From positions 1-64,000 of the IMG/VR virus record IMGVR_UViG_3300032236_001859: a DNA stretch of 64,000 nucleotides. One strand, written 5' to 3'. Shown here piece by piece: positions 17,756-26,489 of the stretch. Every line of letters starts with the position of its first letter. The first letter of the stretch is position 1. The position numbers and the translations under genes were made by a program. The notes beneath the pieces were generated by a model. That model did no database searches. It was not told where the DNA came from and saw only the letters and a program-made list of their open reading frames with translations.

Positions 17756-18270
17756 CGCATTTCTCCTCTGAGGTTGTAGTCGGAACGACCAATGTAGGCG
17801 ACGCCACCGTCTGCGTTCTCGAAGACCCAGAAGAGATGGTTTAGCCCCATGACGATACCGAGCCGGGATTCATAGAAGACATCGGGGAGGCATCGGATAT
17901 TGCAGACCGCAATTCTGGTTTCGGGGAGACCGCCGGGGCCATGACGAAGACGGATGACCTTGGCATCCCCGGTCTCAAAGCCGACATACTCGATGCCAGC
18001 TTTGTTGGTCTCAATGAACTTATCAGCGCTGCGCATCTTCCGGCGAAGGTGCTTCAACGTGATGTCTGTCCAGATCACAGGGTTGTTTTGGCAGTCCAAG
18101 AGAGTGGCCCATAGGTGCCACAACCGGCATGGGATGTCTATAACAACCTCACGTACAGCCGGTCTTTGTAACAAGGTGACGACACCGTCACTGTTCCCGA
18201 ACATTGTGGGGAACCCGGGGATGTCGGGGAGATCTGTTTCAGTGTTGCGAATCCAATCGGGAAGACTCAT
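17752..18270 (-). CDS. hypothetical protein (172 aa)
   Basis: ATGA overlaps. Confidence 0.75.
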   Translation of the reverse strand: MSLPDWIRNTETDLPDIPGFPTMFGNSDGVVTLLQRPAVREVVIDIPCRLWHLWATLLDCQNNPVIWTDITLKHLRRKMRSADKFIETNKAGIEYVGFETGDAKVIRLRHGPGGLPETRIAVCNIRCLPDVFYESRLGIVMGLNHLFWVFENADGGVAYIGRSDYNLRGEMR

Positions 18271-18650
18271 CTTGCCCCCTTATAGGTGAAGTAGACTTTG
18301 TTTTTGTGAACACTGCGTTTGACATCGGGGTGGTCACGGAGGAACTTGTCGATGGCACCCCACCCACACTTGAGATGTAGGCTTTGCAGGTACCCCACGG
18401 ATACTGGGCGCTTGGCCAATTTGACCTCCTCGAATGCACGCTGGAGATCGAACAGGAAAACCTCGGCACGCCGGCGCCGGTACTCTTGTTCACGTGACTG
18501 GAATGAATCGAAGACTTGCATGGCGACTCTTGCTCCGCTTTCCGGGGTGTCATCTTTGATCCCCAAGTTCTGTTTGACCAAATCGATGGTTTCCTCGAGT
18601 TCACGTCGTGTGATCTCTGGGGCGCCGGAGGCTTGTTGTGGATCATCCAT
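18267..18650 (-). CDS. hypothetical protein (127 aa)
   Basis: Tiling and overlaps with neighbours. Confidence 0.7.
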   Translation of the reverse strand: MDDPQQASGAPEITRRELEETIDLVKQNLGIKDDTPESGARVAMQVFDSFQSREQEYRRRRAEVFLFDLQRAFEEVKLAKRPVSVGYLQSLHLKCGWGAIDKFLRDHPDVKRSVHKNKVYFTYKGAR

Positions 18651-19884
18651 TCTTGTACCCCAATGAGAGTAGGGATATCACGGTGTCCTGAACATGAAAT
18701 GGAACATGCTTCCAGCGCGCGTGCTCTTCGTGCGCAAAGCAATGCGATGCCATGTTTAGCGTGATCTCGACATCTGCTGCCTTGCCGTCATCGCGAATCA
18801 GGTATCCAACGAGTTCACCTGGATTCATGGGTTCCCCGAAGTCATACGACGCCGGGGTTCGTAGGAGGTAGACATTCCGATCGTAATCCGATACCAGGAG
18901 GGTGGCATTTACGGGTTCGAGATCCAGGATCAACGCCTTCTCGAGGTCCTCTCGCGAAGGCTGCCGTTGGGCGTCACCTTTGTCGTCGATCTCGATTTTG
19001 TCGTCGAGTTGCTCGGGGAGGTCATCAGAGAACCGTGTGGATCCAATGAGTAACCGCATGGGCTTCTCAGGGATCCCTGCCCACTCCGATAACGTGCTCA
19101 GGTGGTCCTCGACGAGTTCATCCCAGATCTTGTCCTTGGCCTTGGATTCGGCCTCAGAGAACGCGAGATCATCTAGGATGGGGTAGTTATCCAGGGCGTG
19201 AGATATCTTCAACAGGGTATTCGCACAGTTGAACACTCTGACCTCACCTCCATAAAGATTGGCGATGCAGACACAGACGCCATCATCGAGGTTAGTGAAG
19301 ATGTCGTTGCCTTGGGTACGGAGTTCTTCAAGCGTTTTCACCACGGCGTCGTAGTTGACGCGACCCCCAAGGGATCCCCGCTCCCGGACGAGATCGGGGC
19401 GAAACCGGATCCAGAACCCCGTGTTCTGGATATCCTCGAGTGTATGCCTGAACTCGTGATCCATATTGGTGGGGCCCTGGACCTCATCGCGGTGATCCAG
19501 CGCAACCCTCATCGCGGCGAGATCGCCAATCTTGGTGAGGAACCCGGGGTCGATCTCCGCGAATCCAGGTGGGCATTCGCGGGGGACATAAATAAACTTA
19601 CCCTTCTTGGTGTCGCCGTACTTGGGTGCTGTGGGATCCGGCCAGCCATCAAAGGGTTCGAGACCCTCGGAGATGGCTTCAAGGCTCTCTCGCCAAGCCA
19701 TATCCCGGGCGACCGAGGGTTTGAACTTACCTTCACAGCACGGGCACCCCATGCCCCGGATGAGTTGATCATAGGAATGCCAGGGGAGATCTGAATGTGA
19801 GAAGTGGAGACCCCCAGTGCTATCCCAGGGTTCCCCACACCGGCAGATAATGTCGGCCATATGTGATCCGATCTGTCTCGACAT
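18643..19884 (-). CDS. hypothetical protein with N-terminal Cys cluster (413 aa)
   Basis: CRCGEPWD...GCPCCEG. Confidence 0.8.
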   Translation of the reverse strand: MSRQIGSHMADIICRCGEPWDSTGGLHFSHSDLPWHSYDQLIRGMGCPCCEGKFKPSVARDMAWRESLEAISEGLEPFDGWPDPTAPKYGDTKKGKFIYVPRECPPGFAEIDPGFLTKIGDLAAMRVALDHRDEVQGPTNMDHEFRHTLEDIQNTGFWIRFRPDLVRERGSLGGRVNYDAVVKTLEELRTQGNDIFTNLDDGVCVCIANLYGGEVRVFNCANTLLKISHALDNYPILDDLAFSEAESKAKDKIWDELVEDHLSTLSEWAGIPEKPMRLLIGSTRFSDDLPEQLDDKIEIDDKGDAQRQPSREDLEKALILDLEPVNATLLVSDYDRNVYLLRTPASYDFGEPMNPGELVGYLIRDDGKAADVEITLNMASHCFAHEEHARWKHVPFHVQDTVISLLSLGYKNG

Positions 19885-19893
19885 GGAGACTAT

Positions 19894-20040
19894 TCATTTT
19901 TTGGATTGGAATGTCCTGATGGCATCCAGGGGCCACTTCAGGGCATGGACAACACGCTCCCCGGAGCCCATGGTGTCCGATGCTTTGGTGTAAGCGACGC
20001 CTACGCCGATGAGATAGACAACGATGAGAATATCAATCAT
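19894..20040 (-). CDS. small membrane protein (48 aa, MIDILIVVYLIGVGVAYTKASD...)
   Basis: Hand-translated, below ORF-track cutoff; fills the gap exactly; GAGGA upstream; hydrophobic N-terminus. Confidence 0.65.
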   Translation of the reverse strand: MIDILIVVYLIGVGVAYTKASDTMGSGERVVHALKWPLDAIRTFQSKK

Positions 20041-20695
20041 GCGTTTCCTCGTCACGTAAAACGGGTTCTAGGAGATCATGGATCAGGGCATCCAACTGGG
20101 AGCTCACGTAACCATGGATCACTTTGACGTAACCATGAACGATCTTCTTGGCCCCGAAGTGGTCGACACCGTAGAGATGGATGTCAAACTTACGTTCGGC
20201 ATGGAAGTTCTGGTCACGTAACCAGGACTCCAAGCTGTCGAGATCAATGGGCGGTATTTTGGAATTACGGAGAAACTCGAGGATCGGAATGTTATCCCGC
20301 GTTTCTCGTGAGGGGGGCCCAATGATAACCCCATACCGCTTATAGTGCTCCGCAATGTTCTCCAGTGTGATCTCGACGACATGCTCCCATCCCTTCTTGG
20401 GGTCTCGTGGGCGGTGGTCATCGTAGACCTGCCAGGCCTCGATGCGGACATCGGTATCCCCTATGTCAGGGGTTCTGGGAAGAGAGAACACACGAGTGGT
20501 TGTCTTCTTGCCCATTATTCTGGAAGTCACGATGTCATGCCTCAAAAATGCAGGTAAGTCATGCGCACACACGGGTGGGAGCAGTGCGGCTGCCCGGATA
20601 AGACGTTGGTCGAGTGACTTCGCTGGCAGCTTGTCAAATGAATCAATGACCACCGCGTACTGCGTCGGAGGTCCTTGTGGGTTGTCATCGCACAT
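20033..20695 (-). CDS. hypothetical protein (220 aa)
   Basis: GGAG RBS; tiling. Confidence 0.75.
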   Translation of the reverse strand: MCDDNPQGPPTQYAVVIDSFDKLPAKSLDQRLIRAAALLPPVCAHDLPAFLRHDIVTSRIMGKKTTTRVFSLPRTPDIGDTDVRIEAWQVYDDHRPRDPKKGWEHVVEITLENIAEHYKRYGVIIGPPSRETRDNIPILEFLRNSKIPPIDLDSLESWLRDQNFHAERKFDIHLYGVDHFGAKKIVHGYVKVIHGYVSSQLDALIHDLLEPVLRDEETHD

Positions 20696-20697
20696 GG

Positions 20698-21156
20698 TTA
20701 GGACTCCACTTCAGTGCAGGGTGAACACGAGGTGACCTCACCTTGGTCCACACAGATGTAATAGGTTCCATGTTTCTTGCTCTGTAGGTAGAACTCATTG
20801 CCTACCCCAGTTGTGGGGCCATCAACGGCTGACCACTTGGTTTTACTCGACGCCCCCGATGCCGCGCATGCCGCGGCAACCGCTTTGTCGAAGTCAGATA
20901 CCTCGCGGGGCTCACGGGTGACCTCATGCCACTCCTTGTTCACGAATGCGTAGCATACCGCGTACTCGGAGCTCGGGCACTTCGTATTGGCCTTGTGCCG
21001 GCCGTGCTTTCCAGCGGTACCCAGGGAACCCACTCCAATGGGGGCCATCCCCCAGACCGTGGATCCCTCTGGAATCTTTGTGGTGTGAATCCTCGGCAGC
21101 GTGCCGGGTTCGGCGCCCAGAGGTGGGCGCCTGGGATCAGTGTGTTTGTCAGTCAT
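20698..21156 (-). CDS. hypothetical protein
   Basis: Start moved to ATG 21156 with GGGAG RBS. Confidence 0.7.
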   Translation of the reverse strand: MTDKHTDPRRPPLGAEPGTLPRIHTTKIPEGSTVWGMAPIGVGSLGTAGKHGRHKANTKCPSSEYAVCYAFVNKEWHEVTREPREVSDFDKAVAAACAASGASSKTKWSAVDGPTTGVGNEFYLQSKKHGTYYICVDQGEVTSCSPCTEVES

Positions 21157-21490
21157 CTTGAACTCCCTGTTCTGCGATGGCTTTGTCGTCGAATACGTGA
21201 TCTGCCTCGGCTTCAGCCAGGATGTCATCCTGGCACCCCGAGCACAACGTCTGCCCCTTTTCATCTGGGATGAACTCGCACCCACAGGACTGGCATTCAG
21301 TTCTGACATCTCGCCATGCACAGGGGCAACCCCGCTCATGGCAACGCACGCCTTGGATGCTGACGAGTTGGCAGCTATCGCAGCTCAGGCTGGGATCCTC
21401 TTTGTCCTTCATGGCGATCTGGGCACCACGTATGGTGAGGAACTCCTGCCTGATCAGGTTGCCTCCCTCGATATATCTCGTGATAATCAT
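21149..21490 (-). CDS. Cys-rich putative Zn-binding protein
   Basis: CDSC...CHERGCP, CQSC...CSGC; GAGGA RBS before ATG 21490. Confidence 0.7.
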   Translation of the reverse strand: MIITRYIEGGNLIRQEFLTIRGAQIAMKDKEDPSLSCDSCQLVSIQGVRCHERGCPCAWRDVRTECQSCGCEFIPDEKGQTLCSGCQDDILAEAEADHVFDDKAIAEQGVQDD

Positions 21491-21497
21491 AGAATCC

Positions 21498-23204
21498 TCA
21501 CACAAATGGTTTGACTTCTGGTGCACAGAAAACGGCTTCTGGCACCCATGCAGACAACTTGAGACCCGCGAGGGTCCGAGTCCGCGATAACGCGACATAG
21601 GCGAGGCCATGCCGGGAATCCCCGGGCATATAGGTAATCGACTTCATGTCGACCCAGGCCTTGTCCACGGTGGCCCCCTGACACCGGTGGATCGTCATCG
21701 CCCAGCCCAGGGACAACGGGAACCCCCTGAGGTTGAATTTGGGTTGCCCCAGGGGATCCCTGACCTCCTGGGTCACCGCGGTGACCTCAACGGTTGCACC
21801 CGTGCGATCCATGGTGACCAGGATCGATACCGGGGACTGCGCAGGCTTCGAGCCGACCTCAAATGGGTTGTGCTCAGGGGTGTCATCGATTCGGGCTCCC
21901 CCGGCGACCTTGGCCTCCACGATGAGCCCGGCGTCGCCGTTGACCCAGCGTTGTTCGCCTTCCTCGGAGTAGTCATTCATGGTGAAGACTACCCGGGCGC
22001 CGACACGGAAGACATCGTTGTGCGCCAGACGACCACTCGAGATCTCCCGGGCGATGTCGGACTCCTTGATGGCGTACTTCTCCTTGATGTGGTCAGGGCG
22101 GGTATCCAGGTACTTGGTGTGCAACCTGAACAAGCGATGGCCATCGGGGTTATTGGAGACCCGCTGGAGATTGTAGTTGTCCGCGGTGGCATTGGTGGCG
22201 TAGAGCCGAATGAACTCGTCATCCTGTGGCGGTGTATCGACGACGCAGGACCTGAACACCTCGGCGACGCTTTCATCGACCTCACCCCTGCGCACCTTGT
22301 TGAGGGCTTCGAGGTACACGACTTCGTTCTGACGATGGCATTCCGTGAGTTTGATGACATCGGCCTGAGTGATCAACTTGGTGGACATCGCCCAGGTATC
22401 CTTCACCGGCGATGCCTGCCCCCAGTCGCCAACTAGGACAAGGGACTTCCCATACTTCTGGGCCACCGTGTAGAGATAATTGGCCATGCAGGCCCCGATC
22501 ATGGAGGCCTCATCAATGATGATTACCTTGGGGGTCCCCCGCATCAGCTTCTCGAGACGAATGGCATCCCTGGTCTTATTGAGTTCGCGGTCGTAGGAGA
22601 ACATGGCATCCACGGTACAGCCGCCCACATTGATGGCAGCCTTCCCCGTGGTCGCACAGATCGCGGATGGGGTCTTCTTGAGGACCTCGCGGATCACCGT
22701 TGATTTCCCGGTACCCGCGTATCCCGTGAGGATGGTGACCGTGGCTCGGGTCGATGTCAACTTGTTGAGGGCAGCCTTCTGATCCGGGCTCCAGGGAACC
22801 TCGGGCTCCTCGGGTTCGGCTTCCTCGTCCTCGAAGGCGTCACCTGCTCGGTTGTCACCCATTGAGGGTTCCGCTGGCTTCGGTGCGGGATCCCAGAACG
22901 GGGAGTCACCTGGTGGCAACACTGCCAATGTCTTCTTAAAGGCTTGCTCTGGGGCAGGCGCGGGGGGTGCCGGCCATGGGTTACTTGGTGGGAGATCCGC
23001 ATGACTACCCCCGAGTTCCACGACGACATCGGCCTCATCGACGGCTACTTCGACCTCATTCTTGATAATTGCGGTGATGGCCTCCTGGGACAGGAAGACC
23101 TGGTTGAACTGCCTGACCACCTTGAGGCGGCGGGCGTCATCATGGAGTCCGGGGAGGTCAAGTAGAACTCCTTTCCCGGGGACCCTTATGACTCGTGTGG
23201 GCAT
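21498..23204 (-). CDS. Pif1/RecD-like SF1B helicase
   Basis: GYAGTGKS, IIDEASMIG, VGDWGQ, RQ, FPLSLGWAMTIHRCQGATVD, YVALSR. Confidence 0.92.
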   Translation of the reverse strand: MPTRVIRVPGKGVLLDLPGLHDDARRLKVVRQFNQVFLSQEAITAIIKNEVEVAVDEADVVVELGGSHADLPPSNPWPAPPAPAPEQAFKKTLAVLPPGDSPFWDPAPKPAEPSMGDNRAGDAFEDEEAEPEEPEVPWSPDQKAALNKLTSTRATVTILTGYAGTGKSTVIREVLKKTPSAICATTGKAAINVGGCTVDAMFSYDRELNKTRDAIRLEKLMRGTPKVIIIDEASMIGACMANYLYTVAQKYGKSLVLVGDWGQASPVKDTWAMSTKLITQADVIKLTECHRQNEVVYLEALNKVRRGEVDESVAEVFRSCVVDTPPQDDEFIRLYATNATADNYNLQRVSNNPDGHRLFRLHTKYLDTRPDHIKEKYAIKESDIAREISSGRLAHNDVFRVGARVVFTMNDYSEEGEQRWVNGDAGLIVEAKVAGGARIDDTPEHNPFEVGSKPAQSPVSILVTMDRTGATVEVTAVTQEVRDPLGQPKFNLRGFPLSLGWAMTIHRCQGATVDKAWVDMKSITYMPGDSRHGLAYVALSRTRTLAGLKLSAWVPEAVFCAPEVKPFV

Positions 23205-23214
23205 GACTTCTCCT

Positions 23215-23249
23215 AAAAAGGAGCCCCCACGTGGTAACCACGTGGGGGC
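23215..23249 (-). terminator. intrinsic terminator
   Basis: Perfect 12-bp stem GCCCCCACGTGG/CCACGTGGGGGC, 3-nt loop, then TCCTTTTT on the minus strand. Confidence 0.8.
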
Positions 23250-23273
23250 CGGTTTCTCATGAGTAAACGTGGG

Positions 23274-23576
23274 TTACACCGACTGCACTTTTTGACTCTT
23301 CTTTTCCGTTTTGGCTTTCACCGGGATGGTTAGATCTGGTCGAGTGCATGGTGTGAGCCCAGCTGATAACAATTGCTTTTCCAGGCGAGATGCCTCAGCC
23401 TGGGTTGCGACTACGGCCCGTCGTGCGATTTGCTCGTTGCGTCCTGATGTCCGGACATCTTCTTGAGCTCTGTGCAGGGCCTCGCGTAATTTGCAGAGTT
23501 CGCGCTCTAACTTCTCGATCTCAGCTTTATGCTCGGCTTTGAGAAGCGCGATCTTACGGTCTTGTGCGGTTATCAT
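23274..23576 (-). CDS. coiled-coil hypothetical protein
   Basis: GGAG RBS before ATG 23576; heptad-like sequence. Confidence 0.7.
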   Translation of the reverse strand: MITAQDRKIALLKAEHKAEIEKLERELCKLREALHRAQEDVRTSGRNEQIARRAVVATQAEASRLEKQLLSAGLTPCTRPDLTIPVKAKTEKKSQKVQSV

Positions 23577-23607
23577 ACTGGCTCCAAGGGCGTAGCCTAT
23601 ACCCAAG

Positions 23608-23623
23608 TTTACTCAGCGTCAAG
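23608..23623 (-). promoter_or_regulatory. conserved promoter/operator motif, copy 3
   Basis: TTTACTC-AG-CGTCAAG; minus strand TTGACG-N17-TAGGCT is sigma70-like. Confidence 0.75.
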
Positions 23624-25699
23624 TCACCCGAGGTCCACGCTGAGCTCAGTGGTGAGCCTGGGGCCACTTGAATGCGTAATCGTTATCTTACGCGACTTGG
23701 AGTCAATGCACACCGAAGCAATGCTCTCGCGATCTCTCCGCGAACCCTCGAGTCCGCAGAGTCGCAGGATCTCATGGTATGGCCTCGAGATCTCGGCAAC
23801 ATTGGCAATGCTGGCACGGAACTTCGCAAAGTCCTCCTCAATGGCCTTGGCGGTTTCACCGTCGTCCTCCCCGGAACTCTGGACAATGTGAGTTAATGTG
23901 CATTCAACACTGGAAGTCAACGCGATGACATCATCGAGTTTCCCAAGCCACACGGTATCGCTCACACTCCGGTCATCCCCGTAGTACAAGCTGAACGCGG
24001 GAAGACTAAAGGTCTCCTGACGCACCGCCTTTGACCGGACCTCTGCGAAATCGCTGAAGAGCATCGGGGTGTTTCCGGCATCGCGTAGGGCCTCCAGGCC
24101 GTCATCAAAGTTTTCGTAGACATCAAAGAACAGGATTTCACCCTTGACGCCGTCATCGAGACGAATGAAGGTGTTGGCCCGCATGTGGGAGGTATGTGAA
24201 CCCCAGGGATGCGTGGCGATGTCGGATAGCTTGAGGGGGACATCAATTACCATCAAGGCTGCCTGGGCACGCACTGCATCTACACCATTGAGTGATTTTA
24301 CGGAAACACAGACCCCACTGGGAACCCATGACCCGCTAATCACATCACACCCCGTTGCCGCCCCTGATTCAGGTTTCCATGATGGTACCGACGCTGGGAA
24401 ATTAAATCTCGCCGAGGTGTCCGAGGTATCATCAAGACAGGAATCATCCATGCCAACGATGAGGACCTGGCTATCCAATGTCTTCAAGACAATCATGGAT
24501 GCCAGCTCGGCTACACGTGCGTTGCGGGGTAACAATGTTTTCGTGAGATAAGTGTTATCATAATCACTGGGTACCGGCCAGCTCACCTGTGGAGCCCCGA
24601 TGTAGTGCCGGTAAAAAGCGCGATACACGAGTTCTGGGAACTCCTGGTTCGCGTAGCAACCCGTGTAACAGACATCAGAGACTCGAAGTTTGCCATCCTG
24701 GTAGCACTTCGCTTTCTCCATAAATGACTTCTGCGTATTCCGGATACCAGCCTCGAATTGATTCTGGTATAGGCCCCAAATGAACTCTACTGTCTTTGGA
24801 TCCAGAATCAGTGAGTTGCGATCTGGTAGCTTGGGGGTCACTGGGGCGTTGCCGTGATCGATGGCAATACACCAGTGCATCGTGGAACGCATCTCTGGGG
24901 TAGCGTTAAATTCGATGTCGTCAAACTTGAAGTGCTTGCGAAACTCCTGTGATCGCACATCGACCTGGATACGCTGGCCATGCCAGATGACCCCAAGGAC
25001 ACCCTCTGCACCACTCCACCCTGGGTGGGTGTCCTCCCAGACCTCGTACCCCCGATGCTTGTAATGATTACCCTCGGCGTCGAGCACTCGGCGAAACCTA
25101 TCACGAAAACTGATAACCTTGGCGGGCTCCCCCTGCCCGGGCTGCTTCATGAAGACATCAAGGGAGGCATGATAGAATGCAGTTGCCTCGACAACACGGA
25201 TGACTTCGGATTCCGAGGGGATCCCAATCATCTGGATCTCGGTGCCCTCACACCCCCAATTTGGATCGATCTTTTCGAGGAGGGAATCTCGATACTCGGC
25301 ATCCTTGAAGAACTTCTTGCCCTCGATCTCGAGGATCCCGAATTGCGACGAAATGATGAGGCGATTCGAGAACGCAAGGGCGGCACAGAGCCCCATGCCC
25401 GCGGGATCCTGTTCGCGTTCCACACTGGAGTCCCACCCGGAAACCGCGATGCTCAGGGCGGCACCGACATCTGTGATCCCCTTGCCGTAGTCGCGCACCG
25501 TCAGAGTGGTGAGGCCCTCTCGTGTGGACTCCACGGTGACATCAACACGTGGGCGTACCCCAGTGGTCTCAATAGGCAAACTGGCGCGATAGGCGTTCTG
25601 GAGAACCTCGGTAACCGCGGAACCGAAGTTGCTGAAATATCGTGCAGCCTTGGAGAAAAAGTTCGAGGAGACATGAATCGGAGTCTGAGTCATTGTCAT
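23624..25699 (-). CDS. GHKL (HATPase_c) ATPase-domain protein, MORC/rIIA-like N-terminus
   Basis: EVLQNAYRA (N box), VRDYGKG (G1), DPAGMGLCA (G2). Confidence 0.8.
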   Translation of the reverse strand: MTMTQTPIHVSSNFFSKAARYFSNFGSAVTEVLQNAYRASLPIETTGVRPRVDVTVESTREGLTTLTVRDYGKGITDVGAALSIAVSGWDSSVEREQDPAGMGLCAALAFSNRLIISSQFGILEIEGKKFFKDAEYRDSLLEKIDPNWGCEGTEIQMIGIPSESEVIRVVEATAFYHASLDVFMKQPGQGEPAKVISFRDRFRRVLDAEGNHYKHRGYEVWEDTHPGWSGAEGVLGVIWHGQRIQVDVRSQEFRKHFKFDDIEFNATPEMRSTMHWCIAIDHGNAPVTPKLPDRNSLILDPKTVEFIWGLYQNQFEAGIRNTQKSFMEKAKCYQDGKLRVSDVCYTGCYANQEFPELVYRAFYRHYIGAPQVSWPVPSDYDNTYLTKTLLPRNARVAELASMIVLKTLDSQVLIVGMDDSCLDDTSDTSARFNFPASVPSWKPESGAATGCDVISGSWVPSGVCVSVKSLNGVDAVRAQAALMVIDVPLKLSDIATHPWGSHTSHMRANTFIRLDDGVKGEILFFDVYENFDDGLEALRDAGNTPMLFSDFAEVRSKAVRQETFSLPAFSLYYGDDRSVSDTVWLGKLDDVIALTSSVECTLTHIVQSSGEDDGETAKAIEEDFAKFRASIANVAEISRPYHEILRLCGLEGSRRDRESIASVCIDSKSRKITITHSSGPRLTTELSVDLG

Positions 25700-26304
25700 T
25701 TCATGAAATCCTTATGACTAAGGTTTTTGGGTACCGGGAGGTCGTAGACACGCGCTACAGCCTTCACGGCGACCACGGGATCATAGATGCCTTCACATGC
25801 GGCCTGGATGCCCACCAGGGCCTGGCAGCCTGAATCAATGAAGTTCAGCCACTTGGCATTACCACAGCCCAAGGCGTAATCGGCGACGTATCTCGCGGAT
25901 TCCGAGAGTGCGTCGAACTTGGGGTCGAGTTCGACTTCTGTACCCACCGCATTCTTTGGCTTAATCGCGGAGATCCGACGGAGCAGCGGTCTCATCTCGT
26001 ATTCCCCGATCTCAGTCCACTTCCCGATGTCCTTGAGACACCAGGTGACCTCCTCGGAGTCGATGAGGAATTGTTTCTCGGGGTCAAACCATTCAACCCA
26101 GTGGGGGGCATCCTCGTTACCCTGGGTGGCCTCTTCCAGGCAGGCCACAAAGGTACCGGGATCCGGTAGTTCCACCTTGGTGTCCACCAAGGCTTCGAGA
26201 CGGGCAATAAAACCTGAGACGTCGCTGATCTCACCTTGGATACCAACAAATTCGCGGAGATCACGGATAACCCCGCGCAGGGTTTCTTTTTCTTCGGGGG
26301 TCAT
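25696..26304 (-). CDS. hypothetical protein (202 aa)
   Basis: ATGA overlaps. Confidence 0.75.
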   Translation of the reverse strand: MTPEEKETLRGVIRDLREFVGIQGEISDVSGFIARLEALVDTKVELPDPGTFVACLEEATQGNEDAPHWVEWFDPEKQFLIDSEEVTWCLKDIGKWTEIGEYEMRPLLRRISAIKPKNAVGTEVELDPKFDALSESARYVADYALGCGNAKWLNFIDSGCQALVGIQAACEGIYDPVVAVKAVARVYDLPVPKNLSHKDFMK

Positions 26305-26489
26305 GGAGTCCTCTTCTCCACGGTACCATCGAGGTAGCCGTGGTGCCAGGTAATGAACTCGGACTCGAGGCCCTGACGCTCAATGAAGAGCGCCAGGGCC
26401 TCGATGAGCCCAGTTTTCGTGATGCCCTCCACGGTGTCCTCAACCGCGGAGAGGTGGTCTAGGATACCTGAGGTGGCGCCATCGCTCAC
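26301..26489 (-). CDS. hypothetical protein (62 aa)
   Basis: Overlaps both neighbours by 4 bp. Confidence 0.7.
   Translation of the reverse strand: MSDGATSGILDHLSAVEDTVEGITKTGLIEALALFIERQGLESEFITWHHGYLDGTVEKRTP

Noticed and set aside
23253-23267. TTTCTCATGAGTAAA as another copy of the conserved motif
   Set aside because: Only one half matches, the spacing is off by one base and it lacks the GTCAAG half.
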